From Octopus sinensis (taxonomy: Eukaryota): 64,000 bases of DNA. The notes beneath the pieces were generated by a model, which saw only the letters and a list, made by a program, of their open reading frames with translations, was not told where the DNA came from and did not search any database. The translations under genes were made by a program, and so were the position numbers. The DNA lies in NCBI RefSeq assembly GCF_006345805.1, contig NC_043001.1:127906001-127970000 (forward strand), in the 5' to 3' direction. Every line of letters starts with the position of its first letter. The first letter of the stretch is position 1. Of the stretch, positions 1 through 13,025 are shown piece by piece.

Positions 1-1216
1 CAGCTATTCATTCTGTGCCATTACTATATTTTGACAATCTTTATTTTTTTTAGTTAGAAAGCTGACACATCTATTTCTTTATTCTAACTCATTTTGCACT
101 TTATAAAGTATTTATAAATTGTTTTTTGCTATCTTTGTTTACAGATGGATAAGTCGGAAATTCTTACAGTTTTGAAATATGAGTTCTTTCTTGGAAACAG
201 AGCATCACAAATAGCTTGGAATATTAATGGAGCATTTCATTCTAATGTTATTACACAGCAGACAGTATCAAATTGGTTTGCAAAATTTCGGTCTGGTAAC
301 TTTCACCTCACAAATGAGCAATGAAATCGACCAGAAACAAAGGTGGGTAATGATGAACTAAAAAAACCACCGTCGAATCAGATCCATTTCCATGTGCCTG
401 TGAATTATTGTTGTTGTTTGGTGTTAGCAAGCAAACCATATTGACTCACCTAGTTCAAATCAGTAAAGTGAACAAGTTGGATAAGTGGGTTCCACATGAA
501 CTCAATGAAAATCAGAAACAGCAATGTTTGGAAGCCTGCATTATGTTACTTTCTCGTCACAAAAATGAATCATTTTTTAATCGAATTGTAATATGATGAG
601 AAATGGATCCAATACAGCAACCATAAATGTTCAGCACAATGGCTGGACGAAGACTAGCCACCAAAACACAGTCCAAAAGGCAAAAGAACATCATGGTATG
701 TGTTTGATGGTCTGGCGCAGGTGTGATCCATTATGATTTCGTTAAACCTGGCTCATCAATCATGGCCAAAGTATACTGCAGCCAACAGGACCAAATGATA
801 CAGAAACTTACGAAAAGATTAATCAACAGATCCATTCCTATTTCATTGCAAGACAGCGCCAGACCACACATCGCAAAAATGACATTGGCGAAACTACAGG
901 AGTTGGAGTTGGAAGTTCTCCATCATCCACCATACTCATCTGATCTTGTCCCCACTGACTACCGTTTCTTCTAGAATTTGGATAACTTTTGGATAGGAAA
1001 AAAATTTAATTCCTACGATACTGTAAAATAGGCCTTGCAAGATTTTATTGATTCTAGATTGCCAGGCTTTTACAGTTTCGGGCTGGACAAGCTACTGCTG
1101 AAATTGCACATGTGTATTAACAATACGGGTGCATACTTTGGTAAATAAAACTATTCCTTGTATTCATAAAACATTAGCAAACTTTTTTCTTTTCTACAAA
1201 TTTCATACTTGATGAC
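1..1216 (+). mobile_element. Degenerate mariner (DD34D) transposon, transposase pseudogene about 145-1147
   Basis: WVPHEL (486), DEKW, QDSARPH and PPYSSDLVPTDY with 34-aa D-D spacing; stops and frameshifts. Confidence 0.9.
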
Positions 1217-4200
1217 CAGAAACAAAGGTGGATAATGTCAAATTATAAAAATCCACTGTCAAGTCAGATCCATCTCAAAGTCACAAAAAGTCACATAAAA
1301 AAAATCAGCGAAAATAATCACAGTAACGAAAACTTGAGAATCCAAAATTTCAGGATTGTGGGTCTAGATTCAGCCCAGAATGTTTTTAATTTACATATGG
1401 AGTCAGCCTAATTCCAAAATGGTATGATATGTGGGGCTATGGCCACTAGGAGTAAAGTTGAAAAAGTTTGACATACTGACATTCACATTTATTATATTAT
1501 ATTATATTATATTATATTATATTATATTATTATATTAAGGTGGTGAGCCAGAAGAATTGTTAGAACACCGGACGAAATGCCTAGCTGTATTTCGTCTACC
1601 ATTAGGTTTTAAGTTTGAATTCCACTGAGGTCAACTTAGCCTTTCATCCTTTCGGGGTCAATAAAATTAGCACCAGTTACGTACTGGGGTCAATGTAATT
1701 ACAAAATTTGAGGCCTTGTCCTTCCAGCAGAAAGGATTTATTAAAGTTGAAAAAGTGTGACACACTGACTTTCATATTTATTATATCAGATATATTTAAT
1801 TTTGGGGAAGCTTTATTTCAATTAAAGTGTATTATATATATATGTGTATGTATGTATGTATGTATGTATGTATGTATGTATGTATGTATGTATGTATGTA
1901 TGTATATATGTATGTATATATGAGTGTGTATGTGTGTGTATGTATTAAAGAAAACAAAAATGATAATGTTCAGTATGTTGGTGACAGGAATTTCTGTCAG
2001 AGACATGGTTAAACAAAGTTGTACATCATCTCCCTCTTTCTCTCACATACCTACTCTTTCTCTCTCTTCTATTATTACTCCCACTGCCACCATCAACACC
2101 ACTACTTTTAATAAAACATCATCGACTCTCCCTAAATTTCTTTGTCTCTCTTTTTCTTTCTTTCTCTCTCTCTCTTTCTCTCTGTCTTCGCCACCACCCT
2201 CATCGTCTCTATGCCTCCTATTATCCTCATGCCATCATGAGGAATAGTAGGAGTGTCATTGAATAGTGAGTGAGGGAGTCTAAGTGTGACATACTGACAC
2301 ACAGAAATTAGTTTTCACATTTATTGTATTAGATATATACACACACACTCACAAAAAATAGAAAAATAAAGAGAGCGAGAGAGCAAGAAGATACAGATGA
2401 GAAAAGTAAGCAGGTTGAGAGCAACAAAAGAATAATAGAGAAAAGGGGAAAAGGACCGAATTAATGTTTGTTTTATGTGAAAGTGTATGATCAACAGAGA
2501 GAGAAAGAAAGGAATGCAGGGTGAGAGAGAGACATACAAATGCATGCACACACACACATACGAATGCTCACACACATACACAATATATATATATACACAC
2601 GCATTAAAATTATTTTGGGGTCATCCAAACTTCCTTCCGTTTATACATTGCATGTGTAGAAGTGATTAAAAGTCATTTTCGCTCTCAAGTAGCATGCAAG
2701 CTTAGGCATAATATTTATTAAAATGTTGAAATAAATCACCATCTGTATATCGTACTAATTATATATATGCCATTGAAAGACATATCACTACATTTTTTGT
2801 CTAAGAGAAAACCTCTTCATAGACATGTGTAAAAAACACAGTATATACTGGAGTGAAGTGAACATCATCATAGCAATGACTGACGAGACCAAAAGACGCA
2901 TTTCGCTCTATAAGAGGTTTGTGAATGCTGTGCACCCACTTCTCTCTGGCCAGATGAAATTAGTACTTCGATATATGAGGGAAAGTCAATTATACATTCA
3001 CTTGTATTGCGGAAAGCTTGCTGGGCTGTAAAAAACTCAGCTAAAGTAATTGAAACAGTATTAAATTAATATCACCATCTATGTATCATGGCAGAAACGT
3101 TAGCACGCCGGACGAAATGCGTAGCCGTATTTCATCTGCTGTTACGTTCTGAGTTCAAATTCCGCCAAGGTCGACTTTGCCTTTCATCCTTTTGGGGTCG
3201 ATAAATTAAGTACCAGTTACGCACTGGGGTCGATGTAAGCGACTTAATCCGTTTGTCTGTCCTTGTTTGTCCCTTCTGTGTTTAGCCCCTTGGGGGTAAT
3301 AAAGAAATAAGTATTAAATTAATATCACCATCTATGTATCATGGCAGAAACGTTAGCACGCCGGGCGAAATGCATAGCCATATTTCATCTGCTGTTACGT
3401 TCTGAGTTCAAATTCCGCCGAGGTCGACTTTGCCTTTCATCCTTTCGGGGTCGATAAATTAAGTACCAGTTACGCACTGGGGTCGATGTAAGCGACTTAA
3501 TCCATTTGTCTGTCCTTGTTTGTCCCCTCTGTGTTTAGCCCCTTGTGGGTAATAAAGAAATATATAGTTGAAATGCATGCTGAGAGAAAATTTCTTCATA
3601 AACATGTTAAAAACACAATATGTATCGGAGCAAGGCAAGCATCATCACACTAGTGACCAACAAGGACTATGTTTGCCTCACATATACATTGTTTTTAACA
3701 CGTATCTTAAGAGATGTTCTCTCAGGCAATAATCACAGTAACATTCCTTTCAACATGTACATACATACACTAGCGTAGCTAGAATGTGTGTCGCCCAGGT
3801 CGGCCCTTCTGTTTGCTGCCCCTGGACCTCACAAAAAAACACATATTGCTTACGGCCGCCCCTACTGCTCCTCCTCTAAATACACTAGTGCATACATACT
3901 TATATTGTGGTTTTAATTAATATTGTTTCAATAAAGTAAATTGTATATTATGTACAAAGCACCATCCGTTCGTGGCCGTTGCCAGCCTCGCCTCGCCCCT
4001 GTGCCGGTGGCACGTAAAAAGCACCATCCGATTATGGCCGTTTGCCAGCCTCGTCTGGCACCTGTGCCGGTGGCACATAAAAAGCATCCACTACACTCAC
4101 AGAGTGGTTGGCGTTAGGAAGGGCATCCAGCCGTAGAAACATTGCCAGATCAGACTGGGCCTGGTGCAGCCTTCTGACTTCCCAGACCCCAGTTGAACCG

Positions 4201-6782
4201 TCCAACCCATGCTAGCATGGAAATCGGACGCTAAACGATGATGATGATGATGATGATGATGATGAATATATTGACAGTATTCCTTTTACTCAATATAATA
4301 ATTATATTTAAAATGTTCGCTTAATCAATAGTGACACATTTTTAATGAATTGAAAAAGAAGGGGTAGTGTGGTGAAACTGAGCATTATTATACTATGGCA
4401 ACATAATGAGAGGAAGATAAATTGATACAATGACTTCAGCCAATATTCCAGTGAAATGCTTGGTCTGAGAATACTATTCTACTAAACCTCTCAAATTCAG
4501 AAGAGGCTTTTATTTTCCTCTGTCACATTATATTCTTCAAATCACCATCATTGTACCACCTGGTTTTTGTACTCTCTCTTTTTCTCTCCCTCTGTCTCTG
4601 TCTGTCTCTCTCTTTCTGCCTGTCTGTCTGTCTCTCTCTTTTTGCCTGTCTGTCTGTCTTTCTCTCTCTCTTTCTCTATCAATCTTATTTTAAACATCTC
4701 TATTGCCCTCGCAAGCATGATATTCCTACAGAATGTCTCTCATTGGTTTTTAAGTATTGTAAATGCAAGCATATAAAGATACAAATACACCAAATATATG
4801 TATGTCTATGTGTGTATGTATGCGTGGGCGCACACACACACACACACACACACACATACATACACACACATTTACACTTCTAGGCTGGTTATTCCTTAGG
4901 TTATTGTTAATTTCCGGTTTACGGCGGTGAGCTGGCAGAATCATTAGCATGCTGGACAAAATGCTTAGCAGCGTTTCATCTGTCTTCATATTCTGAGTTC
5001 AAATCCCACTGTGGCTGACTTTGCCTTATATCCTTTCAGGGTTGATAAAATAAGTACTAGTTGGGCAATGGGGTCGATGTAATAGACTTACCTCCTGCCT
5101 CGAAATTACTGGCCTTGTGCTAGTAATTATTATTTTCCGGTTTATGTATTTGCAATGCATATTTTCAACTATGTTCCACACCTTCTGTTCAATACATTTT
5201 GTTTGCTAGTTTTTTTTCTTCTTCAATGTTTTATCGTTTCTAAGTTCTATAGTTTCTATCTCGCTTTTACTCTTTTACATGTTTCAGTCATTTGACTGCG
5301 GCCATACTGGAGCACCGCCTTTAGTTGAGCAAATCGACCCTGGGACTTATTCTTTGTAAGCCCAGTACTTATTCTATCGGTCTCTTTTGCCGAACCGCTA
5401 AGTGACGGGGACGTAAACACACCAGCATCGGTTGTCAAGCAATGCTAGGGGGACAAACATAGACACACAAACACATAGATATATATATATACATATATAC
5501 GACAGGCTTCTTTCAGTTTCCGTCTACCAAATCCACTCACAAGGCATTGGTCGGACCGGGGCTATAGCAGGAGACACTTGCCCAAGATGCCACGCAGTAG
5601 GACTGAACCCGGAACCATGTGGTTGGTTAGCAAGCTACTTACCACACAGCCACTCCTGCGCCTATGGTAGTAACATCTGTTTTGATGGTCTTTCTCTATT
5701 TTCTGTATTTTATTTTCTAATTTCTATGCTTCATAGCTTTTGATATGTAATGATTTCCATTTGAGATTTGATGTTAGTACCGGTGGTACGTAAAAAGCAC
5801 CCACTACACTCATGGAGTGGTTGGCATTAGGAAGGGCATCCAGCTATAGAAACACTGCCAGATCAGACTGGGCCTGGTGCAGCCTCCTGGCTTCCCAGAC
5901 CCCAGTTGAACCGTCCAACCCATGCTAGCATGGAAAACGGACGTTAAACAATGATGATGATGATGATTTGTGTTTTGTGATAATAAGCAAATGTAGATGT
6001 AAATGACATATTGCACTAATTCTTCGCTCTTGCTTCTTTATTAAGGTCCAGGCTGCATTTTTGTTTATAACACTGTTGACACCGTTAGATTGAATGGTAC
6101 TGTTGAGGTGCCGAAACAATAATGATATCCATACAACAGCTGATGATGGGATGTATACTCTTGATATGCTTGTTGACTGAGAACCTTTTTGTATATTGTG
6201 TCCTCATGGTTCTAAGTTGTCCTTCATTCTAATTTGAGTTCTTGCAGGATTAAACTTGTAGAGGTATTCTTGATTTATGATGGTTTTGTTTCATATTTTA
6301 TATGGTGCAGGTGTGGCTGTGTGGTAAGAAGCTTGCTTCCCAACCACATGGTTCCAGGTTCAGTCTGACTGCGTGGCACCTTGGGCAAGTGTTTTCTATT
6401 GTAGCCTTGGACCGACCAAAACCTTGTGAGTGGATTTGGTTGACAGAAACTGAAAGAAGCCCATTGTATATATATATATATATTGCAGTTCGGCAAAGGA
6501 GACCGATAGAATAAGTACCAGGATTATAAAGAAAAAGTCCTGGGGTCAATTTTTTTAACTACAGGCAGTGTCCCAGCATGGCCGCAGTCAAATGACTGAA
6601 ACAAGTAAAAGAATCAAAGAATACACTGGGATTGCGTGATTGTCTTTCATTAGAATTCTAATATCTGGAAAGGATATTATTTGTTTGGGGGTTTCTAGTT
6701 TATGAAGGTTTTGTTGCACACACACACACACACACACACATGCATGAGTGCGCACATATATACATATGTCCTCATATGTATA

Positions 6783-7012
6783 GCGGCGAGCTGGCAGACA
6801 CGTTAGCATGCCAGGCGAAATGCATAGAGGTATTTTGTCTGTCGTTACGTTCTGAGTTCAAATTCAGCCGAGGTCGACTTTGCCTTTCATCCTTTCGGGG
6901 TCGATAAATAAAGTACCAGTTTCGCACTGGGGTCGATGTAATCGACTTAATCCCTTTGTCCGTCCTTGTTTGTCCCCCTCTATGTTTAGCCCTTTGTGGG
7001 CAATAAAGAAAT
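6783..7012 (+). mobile_element. SINE family A (tRNA-derived head, Meta/MESC-like core CTTTGCCTTTCATCCTTTCGGGGTCGATA), representative copy
   Basis: Related copies at about 1537-1745, 3088-3310, 3341-3563, 4923-5125, 30712-30925, 32679-32914 (16-bp TSD tatataagatggtatc), 38085-38265, 55400-55500 and 55545-55760, plus minus-strand remnants at 23980-24410. The domain name is from recall. Confidence 0.85.
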
Positions 7013-9005
7013 ATATATACATATGTCCTCATTTCTCTGATATTCATCCACCCTCCATTCATCCTCCTTCTGTTCATTATAACATACCACTCATTAGCGA
7101 GGTATGTTTGTGACCCTGCGCATAATCTCCTACGAAGGTGCTCTCCATTACCCCTTTCTATACAGCTTAGCTATTACTTCCTCTTCTCCAAGTAGTTTGT
7201 TATTGACATCTGTTGCGATTCTCCATTATCTTTATTATCTTCTTGCACTTGATCTTTGTCTCACTCAAGAAAAAAGTATAGCTGTCATTACACACACACA
7301 CACACACCCTCTCTCTCTCTCCTTCCCTCTCTTTTGATATAACCCACAACGTTGTTACTCTTCCCCTATTGTATATCCCCATTCAAACTCCAATTGCTCT
7401 ATTTCTATCATCATAGCCTCATTTTTCTCAATCACTTAGCCTGGTTTCACTCTCCCTTCTATTCACCTCCTGTTGATCATGTTGTCTTAAACGAATGGAC
7501 ACACCAAGGAGTTGAAAGGGTCATTTAGAAATAGGTCTTGACACGAGTGTGTTGTCACTTCTCTTTACCTTTTTCTGCTGCAAGTACGGTATAATGGCCT
7601 CTGTTCCTTGGAGCCAGCTAAAATCATACTATTTTCACTGTGTGTGTGTGTGAGAGAGAGAAAGCGAGAGAAAGTGTGTGTAACAAATAGATTACAGAAA
7701 GGAAAATATTATTTAGTTGAAATGACCCTTTATTTTCATTGTTACAACTTCAAGTTGTTGTACACAAGCTCTTTGCTGTTCTTTTATCCATTCTGTTGAT
7801 AGTTAAATTCATCTTTCGTTATCTGCTAGAAGAACAGATGGGAAAAGGGGAAAGGAAAAGAGTAAAAGGATTTAGACAAGTAGAGAGAGTGAAGGTTGTG
7901 TAGTCCTTCATGTGAAATGTTTCCTCCATTGAAGCCAAAAGAAAGAAGGAAGAACTGAATTCGGTTTCTGTATTTATATTTTCTCCTAGCTAAATTAGGT
8001 CAAGCGAGACAAAGGATTTTCTGTCTCTTATCTTTCTGAACCCTGTTTAACATTAGAATGTTAACTTAAACAATTGAACTTAACTGAGAATGACAGTAGA
8101 CTCTCATAAATTTCTAAGTGCAAAAGCCGAGAACAATAGAAAAGGAACCAATAGGAAAATCTAGGTTTGGTTTTGAACCTTGACAGAAAAATCTAGGAAT
8201 ATATTCATTGCATGTGTGTGTGTGTGTGCATGCGCATGTATGCATGTGTGTGTGTGGACACGACCTTGCTGTGCCCAACGTAGCATGAGTCTGATCGGCC
8301 AACGTGATGTCAAGACTAATTCTCAGCCTCAACTAGTCAGGTTGGGGAGCCATAAAAGCCTCTAGGAGGGAACTTTTCAGGGCAGCACTGGAATCTTCTA
8401 AAGGAAGGAAACTCTGAGAGAAAACCAACCCTACTTCAGGTCTTGAAGGTTGAGCAACAAACAACTCATTGATTCTAGAAATAATTCTGATTACAGAAAC
8501 TTCAAATACTCAGAGGAATTCACCAACTCCTTGGAGATGCAGTAGTTCCTAGTCTGGAAAAGCAGGAACAGTGAAACACAGCCATCGTCAGGGCAGCAGG
8601 GAGAGGGCACATCCCTGTTAGTGCTAGTGTATATAATAACTGACCTTATCTAACTATATTTATATTCTATACTTGTAGTGGATCTTGAAGGCATGAAGTA
8701 GATTCTATCCTAGATAACCAAATTTAAATTAAGAGTTCAACATAACTTTCCACATGGTAAAACAAAAGTTTTTCTGTGACAGCAGTTTACATTTGCCAGA
8801 TGCTTTAGCTAAGCAAAATAATGCCTTCGCCACTTGACTCTTCTAGCCTCTTATAAGCCACCAAAAGCTAGAATTAAGATAACAAGTACCACCAACGAAA
8901 TCTATTGTTCTCAATGATATAGCTATCCTTCTGGATAGTTATAAAAACAAGAACCCCCAAGCAAAAGGAAAGAGAAGGCAATGCCCTTGGTCATGGACAA
9001 AGAGG

Positions 9006-11525
9006 GTGACTGCTGAAATTGAACCTGTAAACAAACTGGCTGAAGCGACACCAGTAGTAGAAGAAATGAACTTCGAAATGGTGTTGCGAAAAAGGCCTAA
9101 AAAGGTAATGGAGTCACCAAATAAAGAGGCAGCTCCAAGAAAAGAAGGAAAGGAGAAGATTAACCCAGAGGAAAGGAAAAAGAGGGAAAATTTATTTCAT
9201 CTAGAAAAAGTAGAAGTAACATACAATTTAGAAGAAAGGATAACTGTAGTTTTTAAAAATACAAACAATACACTGATGGAGGATAATTAAACCCCATTTA
9301 AAGAGTAATATTTTTCAGACAAGTAACCTTAAAAACCCGAACAGTATAGCGAAAATACCATGAGATCATTTTATAGACCTAAAGACAATAGTAACGTTAG
9401 GAGACTTTAACGCTATTCTAGATGCACGCCTAGATAACATTGGCTGAACTGGTAGGAAAAGTAACTCATGCCTCATCGATCTACTGAAGCAATTTAGGCT
9501 AGCAGATTGATTCAGATTCGAGAATCTGAGCGTTCCAATGTGGACTTGGAGTAATAACAACGGATCTCTCAGGTCTTATATAGACAGGATAGTAATGACT
9601 ACCAGAGATAGGCCCTCCTTTAGTTGTCCACAATTTACTTATATACTCTATACAGATCACAAATTAGTGATGTGCAGAGTACATAGACAGGGATCTGGTT
9701 ACTGGAAGTTTAACAGGTCCCTATTGGCTTGCGAGGCATACCATAACCAGATTAAGGAGTTTCTCATGAGGGCATTCACTGGCACCATGTTGAATAACCG
9801 GTGGTGGGTTGGCCTCAAAAGAGCCATTCGACTTGAGTCTATTAGATTTAGCAAACAGTTAAGTCTAGAGCAGGCCAGAGTAGAAGGGTCTCTAGTTAAG
9901 GCATTAGATGAGGCGGTGAGAATGGGCTTTGTACCCCAAGTTTTGGCAGCGTGATCGGCCTTGAACTGGCACCTCAATGCCAAACACGAAGGTTGCAGGG
10001 TCCGGGCTAAAGTACGTGCACTTGGTCATGAGGGTATCACCGCTTGTGAGGCACTCTATCTGCTGCTAGAAACCGTTAAAGGGTGGGTTAGGGATACCTT
10101 AGTTGATGATGTGCATGTATGTACTGAGGCTGAGGCACCTCTAGCTCTACCTGGATCGTAAACAGGTGTGGTCACCGCATGTCAAATTCTTCCTGTCACA
10201 TTTGATATCCCTGCAGGACATAGGCGCATGGATCACGTGGAGACCGAAAATGAGCGAATGGCAGAGGGAGTGCAGACATGCACTCGATCTGTTCTCCCGA
10301 GTGAGCAATACTGGCAGCGAGGCTACCACTGTGGATTTTTATAGCGGGTTGGTAGAGCATATGTCCAACGACGTCCTGGGGGAGACTCTAGGCTTCGATG
10401 AGGAACAGCTTGTCAACCTGTTCAGAAGAACATTCGGGCCGGGGTATCTGGACAACTTCCAGAAATCCCTGGCCTGGTTGTGCTACCGATCAGCCTTGCC
10501 ATTTCGAGAGAGATTGTCAAGGCATGGTTCTGGTACCCCAACCACATGCCCGAAGTGTGAGCATGTCAGTGAAACTGTCATGCATACCTTTGTACATTGT
10601 GAGGAACTAAGGGGACTGATAACCTATGTCGAACAACTGGTGTCAGATACAGAAAGAGTACAGTTATGGACTGAGTCTATCATCAAGATTGTGCCGCCAC
10701 CCTCTTTTAACAAGGATAAGGAGGCGTCATTTTTCTGCGTTGTAGTCGTATTGAAAGAGACAATATGGGTGATGCGTGGAAGAAGAATTGAAACAGGCAA
10801 CTTTATCTCTGGATACCTATTTCTTTATTTCTTTTTTTTTACCTATTTCGTTTATCTCTGGATACCAGTTGGTTATTTTTTTTTTTAACTACCACCTGTC
10901 CAGAAAGATCAGTTTGGAGTAAAGGTGCCTGCCTCAAAGAACATTTGAGAAAAGATGGGCAAATGTCATAAGGAAGTTGAGAGTGAATCGGGGCCACACT
11001 AGTGTAGCCGGTCTGAACGGAAAAGAAGGAAAAAAACAAGAAAAAAAAACAACAAAAAAATGATATTATAAAAAGTAAAAAAAGGGAAAAAACCAGAGGG
11101 TAGAACACGAGCCTGAAAAATATATCATCGTTTAACCCTTTAGCATTCAGACCGGCCATTTCCGGCCCAAATATTCTACTTGTTTTATGCCCAAATTGGT
11201 CAGATCCAACTTTTCATACCTATCCCACAATGTGATTCTGAAAAATAAGCAATCACATTATTGAAATCTTGAAGCTATGAGACAATGCATGGTTGATTCA
11301 AAACAATGTGAATAAATAAGCATTAGAGTTGACAGTGTAATCTGAATGCTAAAGGGTTAATTTTAAAATTCATTTCGATTTCATTGTACTGTGTAAATTC
11401 ATCCCATTATATTTGTCTTTTAGACAAACTAACTAATGTATAACCCCAGCCCCTAAATGTTTTTTTCTTTTGTCCTTGCGCTGTCCCCTCTGTGTCATGG
11501 CCTGTGTGCCAAATAAAAGAAATTA
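9006..11525 (+). mobile_element. Decayed L1/Tx1-clade LINE with RT domain deleted
   Basis: APE motifs LGDFNAILD, TW..SYIDRI, TDHK and YWKFNRSLL; C-terminal CPKC..ETVMHTFVHC zinc knuckle; FEKRW near the ORF2 end. No RT motifs lie between them. The basic ORF at 9006-9290 is ORF1-like. Confidence 0.85.
11136..11356. mobile_element. piggyBac-type MITE family 1 (221 bp, TTAA TSD)
   Basis: ttaa|CCCTTTAGCATTCAGA...TCTGAATGCTAAAGGG|ttaa (16-bp TIR). Other copies: 27148-27366, 37257-37477, 41450-41670, 42094-42807 (CR1 inside), 45981-46489 (SINE C inside). Confidence 0.9.
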
Positions 11526-11934
11526 GTCAGTGACAACCCAAGTTTGAGGGAGTGATCATCAGTTAGTGAATGGACCACTAGATCATGGCCACAAGCAGGC
11601 AGCAGCAAGACTTCTGCCCGTGCCCCCCCTCCCAACAACCACCCATAAAAATTTTTTTAGACCTCTCCCCTCCTTTTTGGCTATGGGGAATACGAATCTG
11701 CAAAAAAGTTGGCAAAAATTGGCATTTTTAAATCACCACCCCACCTTCATTTTTTTTTTCTTCATTTTTTTTTACATTTTTCCAGAATTTTTTTTTTTTT
11801 TTAAATATGCAGAAAAATACGGAGATTATGATTCTGAAAAACATTTCCAAAAATATTTGTAAAATTTTTTTAAATTTATATATTCGGAAAAAATACGGAC
11901 GTTATGATTTGGACAAAAATTTCAAAACATTAAG

Positions 11935-12176
11935 TTACGGTTAGGGTGAGGATTTTAGGGGTGGGGTTAGAGTTAGGGTTTTAGGGTTAGGGTTAAGGTT
12001 AGGGTTAGGGTTTTAGGGTTAGGGTTTTAGGGTTAGGGTTTTAGGGTTAGGGTTTTAGGGTTAGGGTTTTAGGGTTAAGGTTAGGGTTAGGGTTACGGTT
12101 TTAGGGTTAGGGTTAGGGTTAGGGTTTTAGGGTTAGGGTTTGGGTTAGGGTTAGGGTTTTAGGGTTAGTGTTGGGG
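11935..12176 (+). repeat. Interstitial telomere-like array (TTAGGG with TTTTAGGG variants, about 37 units)
   Basis: Read directly; includes an exact (TTAGGG TTTTAGGG)x5 run at 12005-12074. Confidence 0.97.
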
Positions 12177-12596
12177 AAAAAGTCAAAATTGAAGAATTGG
12201 GGGGAAATTTAACGACGCCGATTTTTGACAAATTTCCGGAACGTCCGTATCCGAAAACGGGGCATTTTGGCAAAAAAAAAAAAAATTTAATAAACAAATT
12301 TGGGAGAAATGGGGCGGGGGCGAGCGGAAGTCTTTCGTAGGCAGCCACTAAAGACAAGCGGCCAGAGAAAATAAGAGAAAGTTACAATCAGCGACCATGC
12401 GAGATAACTTCCCCCGACTCTCATTATCAGTAGCTCACTTCATTTTCTCTCCATCTCTCAGCATCACTCCACAAACACAAACTATGCAAGGAAAATCTCC
12501 ACATATCTTTACTTCGCATGCTTTTCCATTTACTAATTATACATACCAACCCGTCGTGGTTTTGGATTTTTTTTTTTTACAATGTAACCGTAAAAT

Positions 12597-12775
12597 AAGG
12601 AGTGGCTGTGTGGTAAGTAGCTTGTTTACCAACCACATGGTTCCGGGCTCAGTCCCACTGCGTGGCACCTTGGGCAAGTGTCTTCTACTATAGCCTCGGG
12701 CCGACCAAAGCTTTGTGAGTGGATTTGGTAGACGGAAACTGAAAGAAGCCCGTCGTATATATGTATATATATATA

Positions 12776-12819
<44 letters not shown>

Positions 12820-13025
12820 ATGTTTGTGTGTCTGTGTTTGTCCCCCTAGCATTGCTTGACAACCGATGCTGGTGTGTTTACGTCGCCGTCACTTAGCGGT
12901 TCGGCAAAAGAGACCGATAGAATAAGTACTCGGCTTACAAAGAATAAGTCCCGGGGTCGAGTTGCTCGATTAAAGGCGGTGCTCCAGCATGGCCGCAGTC
13001 AAATGACTGAAACAAGTAAAAGAGT
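12597..13025 (+). mobile_element. SINE family B (tRNA-like head, internal AT/GT microsatellite, 3' ...GAAACAAGTAAAAGAGTA), representative copy
   Basis: A/B-box-like GGCTGTGTGGTAAG...GGTTCAGTCCC. Copies: 5265-5665(-), 6303-6612(+), 20744-21153(-), 28136-28520(+), 28610-29090(+, GAT-tail variant), 31636-31965(-), 35310-35445(+), 44590-44992(-), 50624-51025(-), 59420-59645(+). Confidence 0.9.

Noticed and set aside
11935-12176. True chromosome end or telomere fusion point
   Set aside because: The array is single-orientation, short and degenerate, with unique DNA on both sides and no head-to-head CCCTAA block.
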